A stretch of DNA of 64,000 bases from Geomonas anaerohicana (GCF_016458305.1 NZ_JAEMHL010000006.1:212484-276483), one strand, 5' to 3'. Positions 47,907 to 58,841 are shown, numbered from the stretch's first letter. The notes: generated from the sequence alone by a model not told the origin. A program made the numbers and translations.

Positions 47907-48104
47907 ATGCCTAAAATGAAGACCCATAGGGGCGCCGCCAAGCGTTTCAGCAAGACCGGCACAGGCAAAATCAAGATGGCTCACGCCTTCACCAGCCACA
48001 TCCTGACCTCCAAGACCAGGAAGACCAAGCGCAACCTCCGCAAGAGCGGTATCGTCGCTGCTTCCGACCACAAGAACATCTGCTGCCTCATTCCCTACAA
48101 GTAA
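47907..48104 (+). CDS. rpmI: 50S ribosomal protein L35 (RpmI)
   Basis: [14 protein letters not shown]…. Confidence 0.9.
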   Translation: MPKMKTHRGAAKRFSKTGTGKIKMAHAFTSHILTSKTRKTKRNLRKSGIVAASDHKNICCLIPYK

Positions 48105-48109
48105 GCAAG

Positions 48110-48275
48110 GGGTGGAAGGCAGGGACTAGGGTCTAGGGACTAGGGGCTAGTAAAACCTGGAACCCGGGAACTGGAACCGGAGACTTAAAAAACTTATAAC
48201 CAGGGTGCGTGCTGCGGCGGTGCCGGGATGCTGTGATGTTGCCAGCCCCTAGCCCCCAGCCCCTAGCCCCCCGGT
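48110..48275. repeat. Inverted arms of hexamer tandem repeats (gggactagggtctagggactaggggctag … ccagcccctagcccccagcccctagcccc) in the rpmI-rplT spacer
   Basis: About 30-bp arms of (GGGRCT/CTAGYC)n units flank ~95 bp; the spacer is 246 bp long. Confidence 0.6.
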
Positions 48276-48351
48276 TTACCGAAGTCCGAGAACCGTGAGG
48301 AAACGTCTCCCCTTGCGGATCCGGCTAATTTAAAAACCAGAAGGAGTTCGT

Positions 48352-49798
<1,447 letters not shown>

Positions 49799-49955
49799 AA
49801 TCAAAGTCAAAAGCTCGCACACGGAAACAGCTAAAACGTCACGGATAGAGACAGATCAAGCTTTAAGACAACATTTCGTTTGATCTGAAGTTTTCCGTAA
49901 GGTATCCGTTAAATCCGTGTGCGAAGCCTTTGACTCTCAAATGGATGGCAAAGAC

Positions 49956-52361
49956 ATGATAGTTACCTACAACTGGCTCAAGGAATTCGTCGACTGCGAC
50001 CTCCCCCCCGCGGAACTGTCGCACCTGCTCACCATGCTCGGACTCGAAGTGGAGCGCATGGAAGAAGTGGGCGGCGGCATGGACGACGTGGTGGTGGCAC
50101 AGGTGCTGGAGAAGAACCAGCACCCCAACGCCGACAAGCTCTCCCTGTGCAAGGTCGACAACGGCAAGGAGATCCTCGACGTGGTCTGCGGCGCGCAGAA
50201 CTTCAAGGCCGGCGACAAGGTCGCCCTGGCCCAGATCGGCGCGACCCTCCCCGGCGATTTCAAGATCAAGCGCTCCAAGATCCGCGGCGAAGAGTCCTGC
50301 GGCATGCTCTGCTCCGAGAAGGAACTGGCCCTCTCCACCGAGTCCTCGGGCATCATGATCCTCCCCGAGACCTTCCAGGTCGGCACGCCGCTCTTCGACG
50401 CGCTGGGCACCAAGGACGTCATCTTCGAGATCGGGCTCACCCCGAACCGCGCCGACTGCCTGAGTGTCGTGGGCATCGCCCGCGAGGTCGCCGCGAAACT
50501 GGGCAAGAAGGTGCACTACCCGGGCCTGGACGTGAACGAGGCCGGCGCCCCGATAGAGGGGATCGCCAGCGTCGAGATCCTCGCCCCCGAACTCTGCCCG
50601 CGCTACACCGCGCGCCACATCACCGGCTGCACCCTGGCGGATTCCCCCGCCTGGCTCGCCAACCGGCTCATGGCCGCCGGCATCCGCGCCATCAACAACA
50701 TCGTCGACGTGACCAACTACGTGCTGCTCGAGTACGGGCACCCGCTGCACGCCTTCGACTTCAAACTCCTCTCCGGCGGCAAGATCGTGGTCGCCGCGGC
50801 GGGTGAGGGGGAGAAGTTCGGCACGCTGGACGGGCAGGAACGCGAGCTCACCGCCACCGACCTCACCATTCGCGACGGTGCGAAGGCCGTGGCCCTGGCC
50901 GGCATCATGGGGGGCGGCAACTCCGAGATAGGGGAGGGGACCACCGAAGTGCTCCTGGAGAGCGCCTACTTCAACCCCTCCGCCATCCGCAAGACCTCCA
51001 AGCGCCTGGGCATCCACACCGAGTCCTCGCACCGCTTCGAGCGCGGCGCCGACATCGCCGGCCTTACCCGGGCCCTGGACCGCGCCGCACAGCTCATCGC
51101 CGAGCTTTCCGGCGGCAAGGTGGCCAAGGGTGTCATCGACGTCTACCCTGCGCCGGTCGAGCCCCGGGTGATCAATGCCCGTCTGGGCCGCATCAACGCC
51201 GTTTCCGGCCTGGAACTCTCCGCCGACGAGGTCGAGGACATTTTCCGCCGCCTCGAGTTCGAGGTGACGGCTACCGAGCCGGGCGTATTCCAGGTCAAGG
51301 TGCCGCTGTTCAGGGTCGACCTGGAGCGCGAGATCGACCTGGTCGAGGAAGTGGTGCGTGTCAACGGCTTCGAGAAGGTGCCGGCGACCCTGCCGCAGGC
51401 TTCCGTCTTCTCCGATCTCCCCTCCGACGCCCAGCGGCTCGCCGCCAAGGTCAAGGACCTCCTGGTCGCCCACGGGCTCAACGAGGTGATCAACTACAGC
51501 TTCGTGGCCCCGTCCTCCTGCGAGAAGATACTGCTCCCCGGGGAAGACCTGCGCAGCAACGGCATGGTGCTCCTGAACCCGATCTCCGACGAGCTCTCGG
51601 TGATGCGCACCACCATGCTCCCCGGGCTTCTGGATACCGTGGTCAAGAACATCAGCTTCCGTACCCTGAACCTGCGCATCTTCGAGATGCGCCGCATCTA
51701 CCTCCCGGTGGAAGGGGAGGAACTGCCGCAGGAGCCGCTCTACGTTTCCGCGCTGCTCACCGGCAGGCGTGATCCGGAAGGGTGGAACCAGGGCAAGGAC
51801 GAGATCGACTTCTTCGACGTGAAGGGTATCGCCGAGAACCTCCTGGCCGAACTGAACGTCGGGGGCGTCAACTTCAGCGCCGACGACCTCGACCCGTACT
51901 ACCACCCGGGCAAGGCCTGCCGCATCCTCTCCGGGAAGAAGGTGCTGGGCTCCTTGGGCGAGCTGCACCCGACCGTGCAGGAGAACTACGGCATCGCGAC
52001 CCCCCTGTACTACCTCGAGCTCAACTTCGAGGCGCTCCTTGCCTGCCGCAAGAAGCAGGGTGCCGCCCAGGTGCCGTCGCGCTTCCCGTCCACCTTCCGC
52101 GACATCGCCATGCTGCTCCCCAGGGAACTCCCCGTCGCCGACGTGGTTTCCTGCGTCAACGGCGTCAAGGCGCCCGAGTTGGAAGGGGTGGAAATCTTCG
52201 ACCTGTACATGGGCGGCAACATCGCGTCTCATGAAAAGAGTGTCGCTATTCGTGTCCGTTACGGTTCCAAGGAACGGACCCTGACCGACGACGAAGTCAC
52301 CCGTCTGCACCAGAGGGTTATCGATGCACTGCAGAAAAAATTAAATGTTTCGTTCAGATAA
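49956..52361 (+). CDS. pheT: Phenylalanyl-tRNA synthetase beta subunit (PheT)
   Basis: N-terminus MIVTYNWLKEFV… is typical of PheT; B3/4, B5 and FDX-ACB regions follow. Alternative start ATG 49941. Confidence 0.9.
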   Translation: MIVTYNWLKEFVDCDLPPAELSHLLTMLGLEVERMEEVGGGMDDVVVAQVLEKNQHPNADKLSLCKVDNGKEILDVVCGAQNFKAGDKVALAQIGATLPGDFKIKRSKIRGEESCGMLCSEKELALSTESSGIMILPETFQVGTPLFDALGTKDVIFEIGLTPNRADCLSVVGIAREVAAKLGKKVHYPGLDVNEAGAPIEGIASVEILAPELCPRYTARHITGCTLADSPAWLANRLMAAGIRAINNIVDVTNYVLLEYGHPLHAFDFKLLSGGKIVVAAAGEGEKFGTLDGQERELTATDLTIRDGAKAVALAGIMGGGNSEIGEGTTEVLLESAYFNPSAIRKTSKRLGIHTESSHRFERGADIAGLTRALDRAAQLIAELSGGKVAKGVIDVYPAPVEPRVINARLGRINAVSGLELSADEVEDIFRRLEFEVTATEPGVFQVKVPLFRVDLEREIDLVEEVVRVNGFEKVPATLPQASVFSDLPSDAQRLAAKVKDLLVAHGLNEVINYSFVAPSSCEKILLPGEDLRSNGMVLLNPISDELSVMRTTMLPGLLDTVVKNISFRTLNLRIFEMRRIYLPVEGEELPQEPLYVSALLTGRRDPEGWNQGKDEIDFFDVKGIAENLLAELNVGGVNFSADDLDPYYHPGKACRILSGKKVLGSLGELHPTVQENYGIATPLYYLELNFEALLACRKKQGAAQVPSRFPSTFRDIAMLLPRELPVADVVSCVNGVKAPELEGVEIFDLYMGGNIASHEKSVAIRVRYGSKERTLTDDEVTRLHQRVIDALQKKLNVSFR

Positions 52362-52447
52362 AAACGGTTGCGAAATCGAAAACGCTATGGTATTAGATTA
52401 AGCCGCTGTTGAGAACACACTGAAATGCTTCACCTGTTGAGGGGATT

Positions 52448-52726
52448 ATGACCAAAGCGGACATCGTAGAAAAAATTTATGAGAAGGTCGGTTTCTCCAA
52501 GAAAGAATCCGCCGAACTCGTTGAGACGGTCTTCGACCTGATTAAGTCCACTCTTGAAGACGGCGATAAAATCAAGATTGCCGGTTTCGGCAACTTCGTA
52601 GTGAAAGAGAAGTCCGATCGTCGTGGCAGGAACCCGCAGACCGGCGAGGAGATCACCATCGTGGCTCGCAAGATCCTCACCTTCAAGCCGAGCCAGGTCC
52701 TCAAGAGCGCGATCAACAGCCAGTAA
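52448..52726 (+). CDS. ihfA: Integration host factor alpha / HU-family DNA-binding protein
   Basis: MTKADIVEKIYEKVGFSKKESAELVE…GFGNF…RNPQTGEEI…; position after pheT is the conserved ihfA context. Confidence 0.85.
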   Translation: MTKADIVEKIYEKVGFSKKESAELVETVFDLIKSTLEDGDKIKIAGFGNFVVKEKSDRRGRNPQTGEEITIVARKILTFKPSQVLKSAINSQ

Positions 52727-52728
52727 CG

Positions 52729-53067
52729 ATGATTACCGGGATCCCGGATAAGCATTACCTGAGGATCGGCGAGGTCTCCGCTGCGACGGGACTCCCCACC
52801 TCGGTGTTGCGCTTCTGGGAGTCCGAATTTTCCTCGCTGGCTCCCAAGAAGAGCAGCAGCGGCCAAAGGCTCTATACCAGGAAGGATGTGGAGCTGGTCG
52901 CACAGATCAAGGAACTTCTCTACGTTGAAAAGCTCACCATCGAGGGAGCGAGGCAGCGTCTGGAAGGGAAGAAAAAGTACCGAAAAACCGACCTTTCCGG
53001 CGAGGCGCTTGCAGCGCTTCTTCACGACGTGAAGCTGGAACTGACCAGTTTGAGGGATCAGTTGTAA
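52729..53067 (+). CDS. MerR-family HTH transcriptional regulator
   Basis: N-terminal HTH …[22 protein letters not shown]…. Confidence 0.75.
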   Translation: MITGIPDKHYLRIGEVSAATGLPTSVLRFWESEFSSLAPKKSSSGQRLYTRKDVELVAQIKELLYVEKLTIEGARQRLEGKKKYRKTDLSGEALAALLHDVKLELTSLRDQL

Positions 53068-53081
53068 TTATCAGGTTTAAT

Positions 53082-53158
53082 CGGTGCGTAGCGCAGCCTG
53101 GTAGCGCACTAGACTGGGGGTCTAGTGGTCGCTGGTTCGAATCCAGTCGCACCGACCA
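53082..53158 (+). tRNA. tRNA-Pro (anticodon GGG)
   Basis: Hand-folded cloverleaf: acceptor cggtgcg/cgcaccg, anticodon loop ctGGGgg, T-loop ttcgaat, CCA encoded. Confidence 0.85.
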
Positions 53159-53161
53159 TTT

Positions 53162-53205
53162 CAATCAGCCGCTTGGGAGACTTCCTGAGCGGCTGATTCA
53201 GTTTT
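53162..53205 (+). terminator. Rho-independent terminator after tRNA-Pro (tcaatcagccgc…gcggctgattca + gtttt)
   Basis: 12-bp stem. Confidence 0.7.
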
Positions 53206-53231
53206 CAGCCTGCAACTGTGGTATCTTTTGG

Positions 53232-53276
53232 GGGACTGGCTCCGCCAGGTGCCTGTCCCCTTTAACCCAGTCCCTT
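53232..53276. repeat. REP-like element, truncated copy
   Basis: GGGACTGGCTCCGCCAGGTGCCTGTCCCC plus a short cccagtccc remnant. Confidence 0.7.
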
Positions 53277-53299
53277 TAACATAGGGAGCTCTCCCCCTG

Positions 53300-53932
53300 A
53301 TGCCCGATCGAACCGCACAACTCATCGCCTGCCACGACTGTGACCTGTTGCAGCGCGACATACAGTTGAACCCCGGCTGCTATGCCAGTTGTCCGCGCTG
53401 CGGTGCCGTTTTGTACCGCAACGCCACCGACAGCGTCGATCGCACCCTCGCCTATACCCTCGCCGCGGCAATGGTTTTCCTGGGCGCCAACGTGTTCCCC
53501 GTCTTCAGCATCGAGGTGCAGGGGGACCGCAGCGCCATCACCCTGTTCGAAGCTGTCCTTTCCCTGTGGGACCAGGACATGAAGACCATCTCGCTGCTCG
53601 TGTTTTTCACTGCGATGATCGCCCCCGCCGTGGAGCTGCTCTCGTTCACCTGTCTGCTGCTGCCGCTCAAACTGGGCAAGGTGCCGCCGAGCTACCCGCT
53701 GTTCATGCGCGTGCTCCAGTTCATCGAGCCCTGGTGCATGGTGGAGGTACTCATGCTGGGCGTGCTGGTCTCGCTGGTGAAGCTGACCAACAACTTCCGG
53801 GTCATCCCGGGCATGGCGCTTTGGTCCTTCGCCGTGCTCACACTGCTGCTTGCCGCCGCGGCCGCATCCTTCAACGCCCGTGACGTGTGGGCGCAACTGG
53901 ATGCCAAGTGGCAGGGGCAGGGGGAGCCGTGA
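53300..53932 (+). CDS. pqiA: Paraquat-inducible protein A-like membrane protein (PqiA family, first half-type gene)
   Basis: N-terminal CxxC…CxxC (CHDCDLL…CPRCGAV), then 4 TM segments. Confidence 0.75.
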   Translation: MPDRTAQLIACHDCDLLQRDIQLNPGCYASCPRCGAVLYRNATDSVDRTLAYTLAAAMVFLGANVFPVFSIEVQGDRSAITLFEAVLSLWDQDMKTISLLVFFTAMIAPAVELLSFTCLLLPLKLGKVPPSYPLFMRVLQFIEPWCMVEVLMLGVLVSLVKLTNNFRVIPGMALWSFAVLTLLLAAAAASFNARDVWAQLDAKWQGQGEP

Positions 53933-54567
53933 CCTCGGGGGTCCCTATCGCGGCGGCGCGCGGGCTGTGCTCGTGCCACGTCTGCCAGTTGGTATCGCGG
54001 CGTGCACCGGGGGCACAGGTGGCGCACTGCCCGCGCTGCGGCGCCAGGCTGCACTTCCGCAGGCCGGGGAGCGTGCAGCGCTGCTGGGCGCTGGTGATCG
54101 CCTCGTACATTCTCTACATCCCGGCCAACGTCCTGATCATGATGGAGACCGGCTCCCTGATCAGCTACCGCAAGGACACCATCGTCAGCGGCGTGGTGCA
54201 CCTGTGGAAGACCGGTTCCTGGATGATCGCCGTCATCGTTTTCATAGCGAGCGTGGCCATTCCGCTCTTGAAACTGTTTTCGCTTACCCTGCTGCTCATT
54301 TCCGTGCAGCGGCGCTCGACCTGGAACCCGCGCCAGCGTACCCGCCTGTACCGGCTGGTGGAGGCGGTGGGGCGCTGGTCCATGCTCGACATCTATGTGG
54401 TAACCCTTTTGGCCGCTCTGGTACAGCTTGGTTCCATGGCCACGGTCAAGGCCGGGCCTGCCTCGGTGGCCTTCGGAGCGGTGGTGGTGCTCACCATGTT
54501 CGCCACCATGGAATTCGAACCGCGCCTGATCTGGGACCCGGTGCAGAAAGAGGAGTTTCATGACTGA
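53929..54567 (+). CDS. pqiA: PqiA-family membrane protein, second copy. Start GTG 53929 overlaps the preceding stop as GTGA.
   Basis: CHVCQLV…CPRCGARL zinc-ribbon-like N-terminus plus TM segments; track ORF starts at 53887. Confidence 0.7.
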   Translation: MTSGVPIAAARGLCSCHVCQLVSRRAPGAQVAHCPRCGARLHFRRPGSVQRCWALVIASYILYIPANVLIMMETGSLISYRKDTIVSGVVHLWKTGSWMIAVIVFIASVAIPLLKLFSLTLLLISVQRRSTWNPRQRTRLYRLVEAVGRWSMLDIYVVTLLAALVQLGSMATVKAGPASVAFGAVVVLTMFATMEFEPRLIWDPVQKEEFHD

Positions 54568-56239
54568 CAGACAAGACGATATGCAGGACGTGCCGGAAGC
54601 GGTCAGCGAACCCAGACGCCGCTTTTCGGTCCAACTGGTCTGGATCATCCCCATCGTGGCCGCCATCATCGGGCTTTCCATCGCCGCCAAGGCCTGGATT
54701 GACCGCGGCGAGATCATCACCATCTCCTTCAAGACCGGCGAGGGTCTGGAAGCGGGCAAGACCAAGCTTAAGTACAAGGACGTCATGATCGGCGAGGTGA
54801 AATCCATCGCCATCTCCAACGACCGCTCCCACGTCGTGGTCACCGCCGAGGTCTCCAAGGACGCCAAGGGGCTCATGGTCAAGGACACCCGCTTCTGGGT
54901 GGTGCGCGCCCGCATTTCCGGCGGCAACGTCACCGGTTTGACCACGCTTTTGGGCGGCTCCTACATCGGCGTCGAGGCGGGTGCTTCCACCGAGGCGCGC
55001 GACCAGTTCGTGGGACTCGAGTCCCCGCCGGCGGTCTCCGTGGACGTCCCGGGACGCCAGTTCGTACTGCACACCGACGACGTCGGTTCGCTCTATACCG
55101 GCTCCCCGGTCTTCTTCAGGCGCATGCAGGTGGGGCAGGTCGTCTCCACCGACCTCGACAGCGACGGCAAGGGCGTTTCCGTCCGGGTCTTCATCCGTGC
55201 GCCCTATGACCGCTTCGTCACCACCAACACCTTCTTCTGGCACGCAAGCGGCGTCGATCTCACCGTTTCCCCGGGCGGGGTCAAGCTGAACACGGAATCG
55301 ATGCTGGCCGTGCTGTTGGGGGGGATTTCTTTCGAGCAGCGCCCCGATGCGCCGGATACGCAGGCAGCGCCTGCCAACACCGCTTACACCCTCTACGACA
55401 CCCATGACGAGGCGCTGAAAAACTCTGCGGTCTCCGAGAAGTTCGCACTCCGCTTCCGGGAATCGGTGCGGGGGCTTGCCGTCGGCGCGCCGGTCGACCT
55501 GCGCGGCGTCACCGTGGGCGAGGTCAGCAACATCGACGTGGCCCTGGACCGTTCCCGCTCCGATTTCTCGGTGACCGTGGAGATCCAGTTCTACCCCGAG
55601 CACCTGCTCTCCCATCTGCACCAGGGCGGGGCAGGGGGGGCGCCCACCGTCGGCGGCGGCCAGACCCGCAAGCTCCTCGACGACCTGGTGGCGCACGGCT
55701 TCCGGGCCCAGATCAAAAGCGGCAGCCTGCTGACCGGACAGCTCTACGTCGCCCTCGATTTCGTCCCCGGTGCGCGCCCGGCGAAAATCGACTGGAGCGC
55801 CGCGCCGCCGCGCTTCCCGACCGTTCCCGGCTCCATGGAGAAGCTGCAGAAAAACCTGACCGAGATCGTCCAGAAGATAGAACGGCTGCCGCTGGAGAAA
55901 CTGGCCGGTGATGCCGGCCACACCATGCGCTCCCTGGACGACACCTTGAAGAGCGCGGACCAACTGCTCAAGAACATGGACCGCTCCCTGGTGCCCGAGG
56001 CCAAGTCGGTGCTGAGCGATGCCAGGACCACGCTGGAGGACGTCAGGAAGACCCTGACCGAGGCCAGGGGGACCCTGGGCGGTGCCAGCCAGGTCCTCTC
56101 CGCCGATGCGCCGGTGCAGGTCGACCTGCGCGACACCATGCGCGAGGTCTCCCGTGCGGCCCAGTCGCTGCGGGTACTAGGGGATTACCTCGAACAGCAC
56201 CCCGAAGCGCTGATCCGCGGCAAAAAGGAGGAAAAGTAA
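54560..56239 (+). CDS. pqiB: Paraquat-inducible protein B-like (PqiB; multiple MCE/Mla domains, N-terminal TM anchor)
   Basis: …QLVWIIPIVAAIIGL… anchor and repeated MCE-like segments. Confidence 0.8.
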   Translation: MTDRQDDMQDVPEAVSEPRRRFSVQLVWIIPIVAAIIGLSIAAKAWIDRGEIITISFKTGEGLEAGKTKLKYKDVMIGEVKSIAISNDRSHVVVTAEVSKDAKGLMVKDTRFWVVRARISGGNVTGLTTLLGGSYIGVEAGASTEARDQFVGLESPPAVSVDVPGRQFVLHTDDVGSLYTGSPVFFRRMQVGQVVSTDLDSDGKGVSVRVFIRAPYDRFVTTNTFFWHASGVDLTVSPGGVKLNTESMLAVLLGGISFEQRPDAPDTQAAPANTAYTLYDTHDEALKNSAVSEKFALRFRESVRGLAVGAPVDLRGVTVGEVSNIDVALDRSRSDFSVTVEIQFYPEHLLSHLHQGGAGGAPTVGGGQTRKLLDDLVAHGFRAQIKSGSLLTGQLYVALDFVPGARPAKIDWSAAPPRFPTVPGSMEKLQKNLTEIVQKIERLPLEKLAGDAGHTMRSLDDTLKSADQLLKNMDRSLVPEAKSVLSDARTTLEDVRKTLTEARGTLGGASQVLSADAPVQVDLRDTMREVSRAAQSLRVLGDYLEQHPEALIRGKKEEK

Positions 56240-56241
56240 CC

Positions 56242-56823
56242 ATGCGCAGGACAACAGCCTCCCTGGCCATCGTCGCCGCCTTGCTGCTTGCTTCCGGCTG
56301 CAGCAGGTCGCCGCGCGTCGCCTTTTATACCCTGACCCCGTTGACCTCCGCAGGCGCCGTGCAGCAGAACTTCTCCAGCGCCGTCGCCGTCGGCCCGGTC
56401 ACCATCCCCGAACTGGTCAACCGGCCGCAGCTGGTCGTGCGGCAGGCGCCTAACCGGGTCGACGTACTCGAGTCGCACCGCTGGGCCGAGCCCCTGAAAA
56501 ACGAGATCCCGCGCCTTTTGGCCCAGGATCTCGGCCCTCTGCTTGGTTCTAACCGTGTATTCGCCTATGACCAGGTCTCCGCCGCCGCGGCGCAGTACCG
56601 CGTGCTGGTGGACATCGTGCGTCTGGAGACGGTTCCCGGCGACAGCGTCACCGTCGAGGCGGGCTGGGTGGTGAAGGGCGCCGGCAATAACAGAAGGGAA
56701 GGGCGGGCCGAGATACGGGAGAAGGTGAACGGTTCCGACTACGAGGCCGTTGTCGCCGCCTTTAGCCGTGCCCTCGCCGGTTTAAGCGCCCAGATCGCCA
56801 AGACCCTGTCCGGTAACCGCTGA
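56242..56823 (+). CDS. pqiC: PqiC/YmbA-family lipoprotein (ABC-type transport auxiliary component)
   Basis: Lipobox LLASGC; DUF330-like size; follows pqiB directly. Confidence 0.75.
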   Translation: MRRTTASLAIVAALLLASGCSRSPRVAFYTLTPLTSAGAVQQNFSSAVAVGPVTIPELVNRPQLVVRQAPNRVDVLESHRWAEPLKNEIPRLLAQDLGPLLGSNRVFAYDQVSAAAAQYRVLVDIVRLETVPGDSVTVEAGWVVKGAGNNRREGRAEIREKVNGSDYEAVVAAFSRALAGLSAQIAKTLSGNR

Positions 56824-56844
56824 TTGTCCAGTTCCTCGGTCGAG

Positions 56845-56955
56845 GGGACTGGCTCCGCCAGGTGCCTGTCCCCCTCTGTCCGGGTTCCTGAGGGATGGTT
56901 TCAGGTTCCCTCTCCCTTTGGGAGAGGGTGCCCGAAGGGCGGGTGAGGGATGCTG
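56845..56955. repeat. REP-like half element (56845-56874), then a family-C repeat (56895-56955)
   Basis: GGGACTGGCTCCGCCAGGTGCCTGTCCCCC; ccctctccctttgggagagggtgcccgaagggcgggtgaggg. Confidence 0.7.
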
Positions 56956-57024
56956 CGAAAGTAGCGTCTGCCCTGGCAGATGGTATGCTGAGACGTTGCC
57001 GGCCCCAGGCCGGAAGGAGGCGGT

Positions 57025-58005
57025 ATGCTGATCCTGGCAGGAGACGTGGGCGGGACCTCGACGCGACTGGCCTATTTCGAGGCGGATGCCGCCGGACTCA
57101 CCGTGCTGTCCCAGGCACAGTACAAAAGCACGGCGCACGGCAGTCTCGCCGAGATATTGCGCCACTTCTCCCAGCAGCACGGCATCGCCGCCGAACGCGC
57201 CTGTCTCGGCATTGCCGGTCCCATCATCGAGGGGCGCGTCCATACCCCCAACCTTCCCTGGACCATCGACAGTATAGACCTCGCCCGGACCTTGGGGCTC
57301 TCCGACGTCCGCCTGATCAACGACCTGGAAGCCAACACCTACGGCATCGCTGCACTGAAGCAGCAGGATCTCTATACCCTCAACCCCGGAACCCCTAAAC
57401 CCGACGGCACCATCGCCGTCGTTTCCGCCGGGACCGGCCTGGGTGAGTCGCTCGCCTACTGGGACGGCGACACGCACCGGCCGCTTCCCTCCGAAGCGGG
57501 GCACGCCGATTTCGCAGCCCGCAACGACCTGGAAGCCGAGCTGCTGCTGTACCTGCAGGGCAAGCACGGACGGGTGAGTTACGAGCGGGTCCTTTCCGGC
57601 CCCGGCCTGCACGACATCTACCGTTTCCTGCGCGACCGGCGCTACTATGACGAGCAGCCTGCCGTTGCCGAGGCCATGGGGCACCAGGACCCCCCTGCGG
57701 TAATCAGCCGCGCCGCCCTGAAAGGGAGCTGCCCGATGTGCGTCAAGGCGGTGGACATGTTCATCGGCGTCTACGGCGCCGAGGCGGGCAACGCGGCGCT
57801 CAGGTTCCTCGCCACCGGCGGGGTTTACCTGGGGGGCGGCATTGCCCCCAAGATCCTGGACCTGCTCAAGGGCGCCACCTTCATGGTCTCCTTTAGCGCC
57901 AAGGGGAGGCTGAGCCCGCTGGTGCAGTCAATCCCGGTGCACGTCATTCTCAACGAGGACACCGCTCTACTTGGTGCCGGCCGGGCGGCTTTTTACGCCC
58001 GATGA
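57025..58005 (+). CDS. glk: Glucokinase (Glk family)
   Basis: MLILAGDVGGTSTRLA… ATP-binding motif and Glk-like length. Confidence 0.8.
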   Translation: MLILAGDVGGTSTRLAYFEADAAGLTVLSQAQYKSTAHGSLAEILRHFSQQHGIAAERACLGIAGPIIEGRVHTPNLPWTIDSIDLARTLGLSDVRLINDLEANTYGIAALKQQDLYTLNPGTPKPDGTIAVVSAGTGLGESLAYWDGDTHRPLPSEAGHADFAARNDLEAELLLYLQGKHGRVSYERVLSGPGLHDIYRFLRDRRYYDEQPAVAEAMGHQDPPAVISRAALKGSCPMCVKAVDMFIGVYGAEAGNAALRFLATGGVYLGGGIAPKILDLLKGATFMVSFSAKGRLSPLVQSIPVHVILNEDTALLGAGRAAFYAR

Positions 58006-58197
58006 TCTTTTTGCATCCCTAGTTTTTGCATAACATTCATCTCGTGTATCCCGCCTTTACTGTTTACTCCTGCCAGGTCTCAGATCATCGCGCGACTATA
58101 AGCAACAGGCCCTCGATAGAGTGGGGCGTTGCTTGCTGCGGATGATCCTTATTTCAGAAATTCCCGACACAGGCTCAACATTATTTGTATTTTATTA

Positions 58198-58225
58198 TTG
58201 ACAATATTTTCGTCTCTGCTATTAA
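58198..58225 (+). promoter_or_regulatory. Candidate sigma-70 promoter (TTGACA-16-TATTAA) upstream of the MucR-like gene
   Basis: Consensus -35 and a near-consensus -10. Confidence 0.45.
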
Positions 58226-58256
58226 TCACTCAATCATATTACCGAGGAGGAGATTA

Positions 58257-58841
58257 ATGGCGACATTGGTAGAAATAGCGGCACAACTCGTCTCATCGCA
58301 CGCCTCCAGCACGCCGATGACGTCGGACGAGCTTCTTGCGGAAATAGCCAAAGTTCATGCAGCACTCAAAAACCTCGAAGCCGGCCAGGCAATCGAAGGT
58401 GTAGAAGAGACGCGTCCTTCAGTTTCTGTCAAGGAGGCGTTCAAGAAGAATGAGGTGGTCTGCCTTCTTTGTGGCAAGGGGGGCTTCAAGACCCTGGCTC
58501 GCCACCTGAGCACCGCCCACCAGATGAAACCGGGCGCCTACAAGAAGCAGTTCGGCATCTCCAGCAAGCAGGCGCTTTCCGCCAAGAGCTACTCCGAGGC
58601 GCGCCGCAAGATGGCCCAGGACCGCGGACTGGCCGACAACCTCGCCAAGGCCCGTGAAGTCCGCATGGCCAACATCGAGGCCAAGAAAGAGGGCGTCGCC
58701 AAGCCCGTGAAGGCTGCCAAGGCTGCAAAACCGGCCAAGGCGCCGGCAGTCGCAAAAGTTGCCAAAGCACCGAAAGCGCCCAAGGCTGCCAAGGCCCCCA
58801 AGGCTGCTCCCAAGGCTGCAGCATCCAAGGCCAAGAAGTAG
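58257..58841 (+). CDS. MucR/Ros-family zinc-finger transcriptional regulator with a C-terminal Lys/Ala/Pro-rich histone-H1-like tail
   Basis: C2H2-type motif CLLCGKGGFKTLARHLSTAH, then an AKPVKAAKAAKPAKAPAVAKVAKAPKAPKAAKAPKAA tail; RBS gaggagga. Confidence 0.75.
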   Translation: MATLVEIAAQLVSSHASSTPMTSDELLAEIAKVHAALKNLEAGQAIEGVEETRPSVSVKEAFKKNEVVCLLCGKGGFKTLARHLSTAHQMKPGAYKKQFGISSKQALSAKSYSEARRKMAQDRGLADNLAKAREVRMANIEAKKEGVAKPVKAAKAAKPAKAPAVAKVAKAPKAPKAAKAPKAAPKAAASKAKK

